A stretch of 64,000 bases of DNA from a virus, in IMG/VR virus record IMGVR_UViG_3300032291_002681, positions 27,071 through 91,070 of that record, one strand, 5' to 3'. The position numbers and the translations under genes are program-made. Positions within the stretch are counted from its first letter, which is position 1, and each line of letters opens with the position of its first letter. The notes under the pieces were generated by a model. That model was not told the DNA's origin and did not search any database. It saw nothing but the letters and a program-made list of their open reading frames with translations. Below, in pieces: positions 19,260 to 28,283 of the stretch.

Positions 19260-19691
19260 ATGAAGACACAGTTACTTTGTACATTTACAACAAAAGGAGA
19301 GTTACAAAATACTCTACAACAAATTAGAGAAACGTATCATATAGTGTATAATTACATTTATATTTTACAAAACAAATCTAATTTGGATGAGTTGTTTATT
19401 ACATATAATATAGATACAGCTTTCCAACCGGATACTCCATTGGAAAATACAATATTGATACATAGAAAGAAGGAATCTAATTCACTATATACTATTAATG
19501 CTCTTAACGAATTGGTTAAAGAGGAAAATAGTGGGGTATTAGATTCTTCGTTTGTCATTAATTGGCAGAAATTTAAGAATTCAATCATACTAACAAATGC
19601 GGAAGGAACTAAGAAAATTCAGACACGAGTTTTTGAAGTGATGTCATTTGGTGAGGATGTAACAAATAACAATAAAAATAGTGAGGGATAA
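19260..19691 (+). CDS. Hypothetical protein
   Basis: 143 aa, with a GAGG SD and an upstream ATATTTAT motif. Confidence 0.75.
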   Translation: MKTQLLCTFTTKGELQNTLQQIRETYHIVYNYIYILQNKSNLDELFITYNIDTAFQPDTPLENTILIHRKKESNSLYTINALNELVKEENSGVLDSSFVINWQKFKNSIILTNAEGTKKIQTRVFEVMSFGEDVTNNNKNSEG

Positions 19692-19697
19692 TTAAAA

Positions 19698-20099
19698 ATG
19701 TTTATACCAAATCATTTACATTTACTTGTAAAAGGATACATAAAAACCCCACCACAAACCGAAAACGTATTAAACGAATGGTTTAGACAATTAGTTACTA
19801 AGGTAGGAATGAAAGTGGTAGCAGGACCTACATCAGTTTATGTGAATGAACCTGGCAACGAAGGAATAACTGGAACTGTGACCCTAGCAACATCGCATGC
19901 TAGTATTCACGTTTGGGATAACGAAAATCCAGCTATGTTTCAATTTGATTTATATAGTTGTTCGGATTTTACACCAACGCAAGTATTAGACCATATTGAT
20001 GAATGGTTTGAATTAAATGAAGCCTATTGGCAGTTTATAGATAGAAACGGAAGTACCTTTGAATTAGTAAATTCTGGGCATTTCACAAAAAACAAATAA
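19698..20099 (+). CDS. speD: S-adenosylmethionine decarboxylase proenzyme
   Basis: GITGTVTLATSHASIHVW...FDLYSC matches the class 1 AdoMetDC self-cleavage region (TSH in place of the usual ESH). Confidence 0.8.
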   Translation: MFIPNHLHLLVKGYIKTPPQTENVLNEWFRQLVTKVGMKVVAGPTSVYVNEPGNEGITGTVTLATSHASIHVWDNENPAMFQFDLYSCSDFTPTQVLDHIDEWFELNEAYWQFIDRNGSTFELVNSGHFTKNK

Positions 20100-20115
20100 T
20101 TTAAATACTAACATT

Positions 20116-20952
20116 ATGATACTTAAAAAAGGAGACAACAACGAAAATGTTAAGTTGATGCAACAAAAGCTGGGAATCGAACCAGCAGTAACTAATTTTG
20201 GACCTAAAACTGAAGCAGCTGTAAAAGAATGGCAAGCAAAGAATGGTTTAGTTGCGGATGGTATAGTAGGACCGGCAACTTGGGCAAAAATTATGGGAGA
20301 ATCAACGCCAGTACCAGCAGCACCAGTTCAACCTGTAGCAAATGTGGGTGGATTAAAATTAGATAAACTTAAAGGACATATTCCTGATGCAGTTATCCAA
20401 ATGATTCCTGATACGGCAGCTAAATTTCAAATTAATACTCCATTAAGATTAGCACACTTCTTAGCACAATGTGGACATGAGAGTGGTGGATTTAGAGTAA
20501 CACAAGAAAACCTAAACTATTCAGCTAAAGGATTGGCTGGTATCTTTAAGAAATACTTTCCAACCGAAGCAGCAGCAACTCCTTATGCTAGACAACCACA
20601 AAAGATTGCAAACAAAGTATATGCAAATCGTATGGCTAATGGTTCGGAAGCAAGTGGTGATGGCTACAAATTCAGAGGTAGAGGATATATTCAATTAACA
20701 GGTAGAGATAACTACACTCAATTTGGTAAAGCAATTGGTGAGGATATTGCATCAAATCCTGATAAGGTATCATCTCAATACGCATTATTATCAGCAGCAT
20801 GGTTCTGGTCTAAGAATGGATTAAACAAATTGGCAGATGGTGGAGCAGGTGATACTGTGGTAACATCTATTACTAAAAGAGTAAATGGTGGTACAATTGG
20901 ATTAGCTGACAGAATAAAGCATTTCAAAGAATACTATCATTTATTAGCGTAA
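20116..20952 (+). CDS. Endolysin: peptidoglycan-binding domain plus GH19 catalytic domain
   Basis: GL.ADGIVGPATW binding domain; AHFLAQCGHES, FRGRGYIQLTGRDNY, TKRVNGG GH19 motifs. Confidence 0.92.
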   Translation: MILKKGDNNENVKLMQQKLGIEPAVTNFGPKTEAAVKEWQAKNGLVADGIVGPATWAKIMGESTPVPAAPVQPVANVGGLKLDKLKGHIPDAVIQMIPDTAAKFQINTPLRLAHFLAQCGHESGGFRVTQENLNYSAKGLAGIFKKYFPTEAAATPYARQPQKIANKVYANRMANGSEASGDGYKFRGRGYIQLTGRDNYTQFGKAIGEDIASNPDKVSSQYALLSAAWFWSKNGLNKLADGGAGDTVVTSITKRVNGGTIGLADRIKHFKEYYHLLA

Positions 20953-21005
20953 AACTTGGTAAATTAAAAAAGATTTCGTATATTTATAGAATATAATAAC
21001 ATAAA

Positions 21006-22193
21006 ATGAAAAATATAAGTTTAAAATCATTACTTGAAGCCGAAGATTTTAAGGCAAGAAGTAAACAAACTGGAAAGTTAGTACACTTTAAATCAAAGGA
21101 TTCATACGATGCGGCAATCAAAGCCGGTTCTCATGAAGACCCTAAAGCTAAAAAAGGTGATTCATCTAAAGCAGCTACAAAACCAAATGATATGTTTGGT
21201 GGAGATTATACAAAAGATAGAGGTGGTAAAACTCCAAAAGCTGACCCTGTTATTGCAGTAGCATCTAGAGCTCAAATGGTCCCAAAAGCGGTAGCAGGTT
21301 GGGCAGATAAAAATCGTGTAGACCTTTCCAAAGTATCCGATGATTTAAATTCAGGTAAGTTAAACGTATTTGATTTTATGACGGCCGTTAGTGGTATCCC
21401 TGGTAACAAATACGCTAAAGATGTAATTGCTAAATATCCACAATCTGATTCTAATATGAACTATTCACAATCGGCTAAACAAGATAATGATTCTGATGTA
21501 GACGGACAAACTGATGATGAATTATACGATGCTTTGTATGATATGGGATATGATTTCGGAGAACTTGGTAGTGATGATTTTGATGAAGAAGGATTTGCCG
21601 ATGCAGCTATGAATTTAGGTTACCGATATGATGACACGAATAAAGTGTGGAATCATAGAGATGAAATGGAAGATGAACCTGTTTCTACCCCAAAAGAAGC
21701 TAGAAAAGGTAATCCATCGGTAAATAAAGAAGCTAAGAAAAACGCAGAACAATTTGGTATTACTCCACAAAAGTTGGGTAAAGAAGAATATCCAAAAACA
21801 ATGTTAAAAGCTGCAGTTGAAGCTTTAACTGATGCAAACTTTCACGATGAAGCTAGAGAATTGATATCAAAAATTGAAGGAAAGCCAGAATGGGCTAAGA
21901 GAGTGGATTACCCATCAATGGATGACCCTAAGTACAAAGAAAAAATGGCAGATATAAGAACCAATGGTGTAGACAGTTCGGAATATTGGAAAGGGGATAA
22001 TAACTCACATGAATTTGGAAGAAAAGTATCATCAGCATCCGGATGGGATGGAGTTGATGCAGCAGATGGAATTGCATTCACCTTAAGAATGAATGGGTTT
22101 CATAAACAAGCGGATATGATTCAATCCGTATTTGATGACAAACCATATATGAGAGAACAATCAACGAAATTAACCACAATGATTAAAAAATAA
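21006..22193 (+). CDS. Hypothetical acidic protein, putative head-internal protein
   Basis: MKNISLKSLLE N-terminus. Shares a ~30-aa motif with the 1400-aa protein. Confidence 0.65.
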   Translation: MKNISLKSLLEAEDFKARSKQTGKLVHFKSKDSYDAAIKAGSHEDPKAKKGDSSKAATKPNDMFGGDYTKDRGGKTPKADPVIAVASRAQMVPKAVAGWADKNRVDLSKVSDDLNSGKLNVFDFMTAVSGIPGNKYAKDVIAKYPQSDSNMNYSQSAKQDNDSDVDGQTDDELYDALYDMGYDFGELGSDDFDEEGFADAAMNLGYRYDDTNKVWNHRDEMEDEPVSTPKEARKGNPSVNKEAKKNAEQFGITPQKLGKEEYPKTMLKAAVEALTDANFHDEARELISKIEGKPEWAKRVDYPSMDDPKYKEKMADIRTNGVDSSEYWKGDNNSHEFGRKVSSASGWDGVDAADGIAFTLRMNGFHKQADMIQSVFDDKPYMREQSTKLTTMIKK

Positions 22194-22195
22194 CT

Positions 22196-22224
22196 AAAAG
22201 GGAGAAACTAATTCTCCCTTTTTT
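22196..22224 (+). terminator. Rho-independent terminator (possibly bidirectional)
   Basis: AAAAGGGAGAA-ACTAA-TTCTCCCTTTTTT. Confidence 0.85.
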
Positions 22225-22225
22225 A

Positions 22226-22348
22226 TTTGGTAATACCGAATATATTTCGTATATTTGTATATGTCCACAATCATATATAAATGCCAATAGTCCTTAAAAT
22301 ATACTTCAAAAAAACATTTGGAATTGTGAGAAATTTGTTGTATATTTG
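22226..22348 (+). promoter_or_regulatory. Two tandem Bacteroidota-type promoters upstream of the SSB gene
   Basis: TTTG-N20-TATATTTG at 22226-22257 and at 22317-22348. Confidence 0.8.
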
Positions 22349-22438
22349 TATTTCTATTATATTTATTAATGTAACGGAGGTGAAGGACACTCACCAAAAT
22401 AAAACCATAAAACTTAAACTCTTAAAATCTTAAAAGAC

Positions 22439-23257
22439 ATGGCTATTAACTTAGACGCAATTAAGAGCAGACTTAACAAACTGCAAAACACCCAAAGAAC
22501 CACAGTAGAACTTTGGAAACCAGCACCCGGTAAACACACAATCCGATTGGTGCCGTACAAATTCAATAAAGAAAATCCTTTTATTGAACTTTATTTTCAC
22601 TACAACATTAACAACAAAACTTATCTATCTCCAATTTCATTTGGTAGACCTGACCCAATTGTTGAGTTTGCTGACAAACTTAAAAGAATGGGCGATAAGG
22701 AAGATTGGAAAGCTGCTAAAAAAATGGAGCCGAAACTTAGAACTTTTGTACCAGTATTGGTAAGAGGTGAAGAAGGTGAAGGTGTAAAATTTTGGGGCTT
22801 TGGTAAAACTGTATATCAAGAGATTCTTGGGTATATGGCAGACCCTGATTACGGTGATATTACTGACCCAAATGAAGGTAGAGATATTACTGTTGAAGTA
22901 GTATCGGCTGAAGACAGTGGTACTTCTTACCCTGTAACAACGATTCGTGTTAAACCAAAGGAAACTCCATTGGCAACTTCTAAAGAAGACACGGACAAGT
23001 ATTTAACTTCTCAAAAAGAAATTACTGAACTTTATTCAGAATTAACTTATGCAGAATTGAAAAATGTATTAGAAGGATGGTTAAATCCATCGGGAGCTGC
23101 TTCTGACGAAGAAAAATCAGTTTCCGCACAAACTTTATCATCAACAGCAACTGATGAAGATGAAGTACCATTTGATACAACTCCATCAAAACCAGCAGCA
23201 CCAGCTAAAAAAGTTGATGATGTTGCAGCGGCATTTGATGACCTTTTCAATTCATAA
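22439..23257 (+). CDS. Single-stranded DNA-binding protein (T4 gp32-like)
   Basis: WKP..G...IRLVP, FGKTVY, DITDPNEGRD and an acidic tail ending FDDLFNS. Confidence 0.88.
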   Translation: MAINLDAIKSRLNKLQNTQRTTVELWKPAPGKHTIRLVPYKFNKENPFIELYFHYNINNKTYLSPISFGRPDPIVEFADKLKRMGDKEDWKAAKKMEPKLRTFVPVLVRGEEGEGVKFWGFGKTVYQEILGYMADPDYGDITDPNEGRDITVEVVSAEDSGTSYPVTTIRVKPKETPLATSKEDTDKYLTSQKEITELYSELTYAELKNVLEGWLNPSGAASDEEKSVSAQTLSSTATDEDEVPFDTTPSKPAAPAKKVDDVAAAFDDLFNS

Positions 23258-23271
23258 AATAATAAGTTAAT

Positions 23272-24393
23272 ATGGCGAAAGCAACTAAGGAAGTGGACTT
23301 AGCAGAAGTGCTAGCGGAGTCCCTTAACAAACAATCAAAAGACCAACGAGTAGCATTCTTTTTGGACAACAATGATTCTCCTACAAACGTAGAAGGTTGG
23401 ATTTCAACCGGAGCATCAATGTTGGATGTGGCAATCTCTAATAGACCTTATGGAGGTTTACCTGTTGGTAGAATTACCGAAATTACTGGATTGGAACAAA
23501 GTGGTAAATCATTGGTATCAGCACATTTACTTGCCGAAACTCAAAAGTTAGGTGGTATCGCTGTACTGATTGATACTGAAAATGCGGTAAGTAGAGAATT
23601 CTTAGAAGCCATTGGAGTAGATACATCAAAATTACTTTATGTAGCAGCTGAGACTGTTGAACAATGTTTTGAATATACCGAAACTATTATTGAGAAAGTG
23701 AGAACTAACTCAAAAGATAAATTCGTAACAATCGTTGTGGATTCAGTAGCAGCAGCATCAACTGAAAAGGAGATGGAAGCTGATTATGGTAAAGATGGTT
23801 ATGCTACGGATAAAGCAATTATCATTTCCAAAGCAATGCGTAAAATCACAAATCTTATTGGTAGACAGAAAATCACTTTGGTTTTCACAAATCAATTAAG
23901 ACAGAAAATGAACGCAATGCCATTCTCTGACCCTTGGACAACTTCTGGTGGTAAAGCAATTGCTTTCCATGCATCGGTTCGTTTAAGATTAAAGAGTATG
24001 GGAACGATTAAGGCTAAAGAAAATGGTAACGATAGAATCGTAGGTATCAAAGTTCGTTGTCAAGTAGTAAAGAATAGGATGGGACCTCCGTTACGTTCCG
24101 CCGATTTCGATATCTTCTTTGACAGAGGAATTGATAACTATGGAGCTTGGTTGGGTATGATGAAAGAGAATTCAATCGTAAAACAAAGTGGTGCATGGTA
24201 TGAATATACTGATATTGATACCGGTGAAATCATTAAGTTTCAAGCGAAAGATTTTCCTTCCACATTAGAAAACAACCAGGAAGTTAAAGAGCAAATCTAT
24301 AAAAGGATTTGTGAAGGAACTATTTTACAATACAAAAAAGATTCACTTGATACTGATAATTTGGTGACAGATTCAGAGGTGATTGGTGATTAA
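23272..24393 (+). CDS. recA: RecA/UvsX recombinase
   Basis: GGLPVGRITEI, Walker A GLEQSGKS, IDTE, VVDSVAA, NQLR, TSGGKA, SGAWY. Confidence 0.95.
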   Translation: MAKATKEVDLAEVLAESLNKQSKDQRVAFFLDNNDSPTNVEGWISTGASMLDVAISNRPYGGLPVGRITEITGLEQSGKSLVSAHLLAETQKLGGIAVLIDTENAVSREFLEAIGVDTSKLLYVAAETVEQCFEYTETIIEKVRTNSKDKFVTIVVDSVAAASTEKEMEADYGKDGYATDKAIIISKAMRKITNLIGRQKITLVFTNQLRQKMNAMPFSDPWTTSGGKAIAFHASVRLRLKSMGTIKAKENGNDRIVGIKVRCQVVKNRMGPPLRSADFDIFFDRGIDNYGAWLGMMKENSIVKQSGAWYEYTDIDTGEIIKFQAKDFPSTLENNQEVKEQIYKRICEGTILQYKKDSLDTDNLVTDSEVIGD

Positions 24394-24411
24394 TAAAGGT
24401 TATAAAACAAT

Positions 24412-25455
24412 ATGAAAGACTTATACAAAAAATTACTCAATGAAGTTGAGACAGAGCATGAATCAAACGCCCAAAGGGTAAGGAATGGTAGAGTTCTTAT
24501 CATAGATGGACTCAATACCTTCATCCGTAGTTGGACAACCAATCCCATTATGAATGAGGATGGTGAACATACGGGTGGAGTTATTGGTTCATTAAATTCA
24601 ATCGGATATCAAATCAGACAATTTAATCCTACTAGAGTTGTTCTTACTTTTGATGGTAAGGGTGGTTCTAAAGGTAGGAAAGAATTATTTGAAGGATACA
24701 AAGCTGATAGAGGTAAGAATCGTTTTAGGGTTAATCGTCAATACCCTGAAATGATGAGTGAAGAAGATGAGCAGGTTTCAATGAAAAGACAATTTGTGTG
24801 GTTAGTAGACTTGTTATATAGTTTACCAATTACTACAATGATATATGATGGTATTGAAGCAGATGACGTAATCGGACACATTGCTAAGCATGTACTTAGT
24901 GAAGAAGAAGAATGTTATATTGTTTCTACCGATAAAGATTTTTTACAATTAGTGGATAAAAAAACTTTTGTTTATTCACCAACTAAAAAGAAACTTTATA
25001 ATAGAGAACTAGTTAAACAGGAATGGGGGATATATCCGCAAAATCTTTTACTATTTAGAACATTGGATGGAGATAATTCGGATAATGTTCCTGGTGTAAA
25101 AGGATGTGGATTGAAGACAGTTCTTAAAAGATTTCCTGAATTATCGGAAGATAGAGAAATAACTTTTGATGAATTATTTCAAATATGCGAAGATAAAAGG
25201 AAAGAGGCTAAAATCTACGAAGATATACTTGCAGCTAAAGATGATGTTCTAAGAAATAGACAAATCATGCAATTACAAGAACCACATATCAATACAAATA
25301 CAAAGTTGAAAATCAATGACCGTTTTGCCGAACCAAACAAAAAGTTTGATAAAATGGAATTCATCAAAGCCGCTATGAAGTATAAAATTCTTCAAAATTG
25401 GAAAGATATAAACGATTGGCTTAAATCAACTTATACAAACATAATTGTAAAATAA
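24412..25455 (+). CDS. 5'-3' exonuclease / flap endonuclease (T4 RNase H-like)
   Basis: LIIDG, FDGKGG, YKADR, EADD, STDKDFLQL, GDNSDNVPGVKGCG.KT. Confidence 0.93.
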   Translation: MKDLYKKLLNEVETEHESNAQRVRNGRVLIIDGLNTFIRSWTTNPIMNEDGEHTGGVIGSLNSIGYQIRQFNPTRVVLTFDGKGGSKGRKELFEGYKADRGKNRFRVNRQYPEMMSEEDEQVSMKRQFVWLVDLLYSLPITTMIYDGIEADDVIGHIAKHVLSEEEECYIVSTDKDFLQLVDKKTFVYSPTKKKLYNRELVKQEWGIYPQNLLLFRTLDGDNSDNVPGVKGCGLKTVLKRFPELSEDREITFDELFQICEDKRKEAKIYEDILAAKDDVLRNRQIMQLQEPHINTNTKLKINDRFAEPNKKFDKMEFIKAAMKYKILQNWKDINDWLKSTYTNIIVK

Positions 25456-25487
25456 TTTGGTGAACTCACTAAATTATCGTATATTTG
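25456..25487 (+). promoter_or_regulatory. Bacteroidota-type promoter
   Basis: TTTG-N20-TATATTTG. Confidence 0.78.
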
Positions 25488-25506
25488 TACAACTTTAAAA
25501 CACAAA

Positions 25507-26901
25507 ATGCAAAGCGAAGATACATTATCAAAATATGGACAATCATTTCAAACTAAAGTAGTAGCTGCCATCCTAAGTGATGATAGAATGCTGGATACTT
25601 TAGGTGATGTAATTCACAAAAAATTCTTTGAATCCGAAGCAAACAAATGGATTGTAGAGGAAGTAGTAGCATACTATAATGATTACCATAGATTACCATC
25701 ATTGGATGTATTTAAGGTGCAAGTTTCTAAAGTTGATAACCCAGCATTACAAAAAACAATCGTAGCACAATTAAAAGAAGTTTATCAAAGTATTGGAGGT
25801 TTGGACCTACAATATATTAAAGATGAATTTACAGCATTTTGTATTAATCAAAACTTAAAGAATGTAATTGTACAATCAATCGATTTACTAAAATCAGGCA
25901 ACTATGATAAAATCAAAGAGTTGGTTGATAAGGCAATGAAGGTTGGAGTTGATGCTGATTTGGGTATGGATTACTTAACCGATTTCGAAGAACGTTACGA
26001 TGAAACGGCTAGAGATACGGTGGCAACTGATTGGGAATGTATCAACGAATTGATGAATGGTGGATTAGGGCCAGGTGAATTAGGAGTTGTAGTTGCACCA
26101 TCCGGTGTTGGTAAGACTTGGGTTTTAGCAGCATTAGGAGCAGCAGCTGTAAAAGCTGGAAAGATTGTGGCTCACTATACATTAGAACTTTCACAAGGAT
26201 ATGTTGGATTACGATACGATACTGTGTTTACACATATCGCATCATCTGATTTATCACAAAGGAGAGATGAAGTTTTGGATAAAGTAAAAAGATTAAAAGG
26301 TAAACTTAAAATCAAATACTATCCACCAAAGGGAGCATCATCTAAAACAATTCAGGCTCACTTAGAAAAGATGATAGCAGCCGGTAATAAGCCCGATTTA
26401 GTTATTGTGGATTACGCCGATTTGTTATTATCACATTCAAACAAAACCGATAGTACATACGCTGAGCAAGGTGGTGTGTACATTGATTTAAGAGGAATGA
26501 GTGGTGAGTTAGGAATTCCGGTTTGGACCGCATCACAAACAAATCGTTCAGCAATCGATAGTGAGGTTATTGAAGCTGATAAGATAGCAGATTCATACGC
26601 TAAAGTAATGAATGCTGACTTTATTATGAGTTTGAGTAGAAAAGCTAAAGATAAACTTAGTAATACTGCTAGGGTGCATGTTATGAAGAACCGTTTTGGG
26701 CAAGATGGAATTACATTCCCAGCCAAAATGGATACAACACATGGTAGTTTAGAAGTATATACTGCAACATCTGCGGATGGTGTAATGGCTACCAAAGAAA
26801 GTGCAGATGGGGGACAAATAGAAAGGCAATTATTGCATAAAAAATATGTTGAAACTATGCCGTTTGGAAACAAACCACAATTAGTTACAGGATTAGGATA
26901 A
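25507..26901 (+). CDS. Replicative DNA helicase (DnaB/T4 gp41 family)
   Basis: APSGVGKT, TLE, VDYADL, TASQTNR, ADS, KNRFG. Confidence 0.93.
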   Translation: MQSEDTLSKYGQSFQTKVVAAILSDDRMLDTLGDVIHKKFFESEANKWIVEEVVAYYNDYHRLPSLDVFKVQVSKVDNPALQKTIVAQLKEVYQSIGGLDLQYIKDEFTAFCINQNLKNVIVQSIDLLKSGNYDKIKELVDKAMKVGVDADLGMDYLTDFEERYDETARDTVATDWECINELMNGGLGPGELGVVVAPSGVGKTWVLAALGAAAVKAGKIVAHYTLELSQGYVGLRYDTVFTHIASSDLSQRRDEVLDKVKRLKGKLKIKYYPPKGASSKTIQAHLEKMIAAGNKPDLVIVDYADLLLSHSNKTDSTYAEQGGVYIDLRGMSGELGIPVWTASQTNRSAIDSEVIEADKIADSYAKVMNADFIMSLSRKAKDKLSNTARVHVMKNRFGQDGITFPAKMDTTHGSLEVYTATSADGVMATKESADGGQIERQLLHKKYVETMPFGNKPQLVTGLG

Positions 26902-26919
26902 CAATTAAAAACAAAAACT

Positions 26920-27099
26920 ATGGCACAAACAAGTCAAGAATTATTCGAACAAATCAAAGGACATTTTACAACCTTTGAAACCGAACACAATGGAACTAAA
27001 AAAGTAAACAAATCAAGAGCTAGAAAAGCAATTGGTGAGTTGAAAAAATTAGTAACTGCTTATAAGAAAGCTTCTACGGAAGAAGGAAAAGCGGCCTAA
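26920..27099 (+). CDS. Histone H1-like Hc1-family nucleoid protein (not in the ORF track)
   Basis: 59 aa, translated by hand: MAQTSQELFEQIKGHFTTFETEHNGTKKVNKSRARKAIGELKKLVTAYKKASTEEGKAA. RARKA..EL.KL...Y+KAS resembles Hc1. Confidence 0.7.
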   Translation: MAQTSQELFEQIKGHFTTFETEHNGTKKVNKSRARKAIGELKKLVTAYKKASTEEGKAA

Positions 27100-27107
27100 T
27101 AATGATA

Positions 27108-27127
27108 GGGGAGTCTTACGGCTCCCC
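27108..27127 (+). terminator. Stem-loop, possible terminator
   Basis: GGGGAGTC-TTAC-GGCTCCCC with a weak U tract. Confidence 0.55.
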
Positions 27128-27260
27128 ATTCATTATGTTATAATAGACACTAATAGAAATAGACTAAAATATTAAAAAAATATTTGTAATTATAAAAGGT
27201 TTATGAGTATATATTGTATTTATATTCACCCCAAAGAACTTACAAAAATTAAATTACACT

Positions 27261-28274
27261 ATGAGCAAATTATTTACGGATAGAATCCCCTACAAACCAT
27301 TTGAATACCCAGATTACTATAATGAGGGTTGGTTAAAACAAATGCAGGCGTTTTGGTTACATACCGAAATACCAATGCAGGGAGATGTGAAGGATTGGAA
27401 TGAGAATTTAACAAAAGAGGAAAAGCACTTAGTAGGTAATATCCTTTTAGGATTTGCTCAAACCGAATGTGCGGTATCTGATTATTGGACTGGTATGGTT
27501 ACTAAATGGTTTCCAAAGCATGAGATTAGACAAATGGCAATGGCATTTGGTTCACAAGAAACAATTCATTCAGTTGCATATTCGTATTTAAATGAAACAT
27601 TAGGATTAGATGATTTCGCAGGTTTCCTACATGATGAAACAATGAAGGAACGATTTGAGTTATTAACAAACACAACCGCAGATTGGTCACCTGAAGATTT
27701 AAGAACAAACCATCAGGCTAGAGTTGAGGTTGCTCGTTCACTTGCTATCTTTTCGGCATTTGCGGAAGGCGTGGCATTATATTCATCATTTGCTGTATTG
27801 TATTCATTCCAAATGAGAAACCTTTTAAAAGGAATTGGGCAACAAATGAAGTGGAGTGTTAGAGATGAATCCCTACACTCAAAAATGGGTTGTCAATTAT
27901 TCAGGCACATGTGTGATGAATTTCCTGAATTATTAGAAGAAGCTAAAGCAGATATCTACAAAGCAGCTGAAATGATTAGAGATTTAGAACACAAATTCAT
28001 TGATAAAATATTTGAAATGGGTGATTTAGAAAATCTTAAAAAAGATGACCTAAAAGAATTCATTACAAAAAGAGTTAATGAAAAGTTAGGAGAATTAGGA
28101 TATAACCCAATCAAAGGTGGTGATGATTATTTTGAATTTGATGAAACAAAAGCATCGGAGTTGGATTGGTTTTATCATTTGACTGGAGGCGTAACTCATA
28201 CTGATTTTTTTGCTATGAGACCTACTGATTATTCCAAAGCAGGTGAAGGTGAAAATTGGGATAATATATTTTAA
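27261..28274 (+). CDS. nrdB: Ribonucleotide reductase class I beta subunit
   Basis: W...E, ETIHS.AY, EGV.LYSSF, RDESLH metal-ligand motifs. Confidence 0.95.
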   Translation: MSKLFTDRIPYKPFEYPDYYNEGWLKQMQAFWLHTEIPMQGDVKDWNENLTKEEKHLVGNILLGFAQTECAVSDYWTGMVTKWFPKHEIRQMAMAFGSQETIHSVAYSYLNETLGLDDFAGFLHDETMKERFELLTNTTADWSPEDLRTNHQARVEVARSLAIFSAFAEGVALYSSFAVLYSFQMRNLLKGIGQQMKWSVRDESLHSKMGCQLFRHMCDEFPELLEEAKADIYKAAEMIRDLEHKFIDKIFEMGDLENLKKDDLKEFITKRVNEKLGELGYNPIKGGDDYFEFDETKASELDWFYHLTGGVTHTDFFAMRPTDYSKAGEGENWDNIF

Positions 28275-28283
28275 AAATAATTT

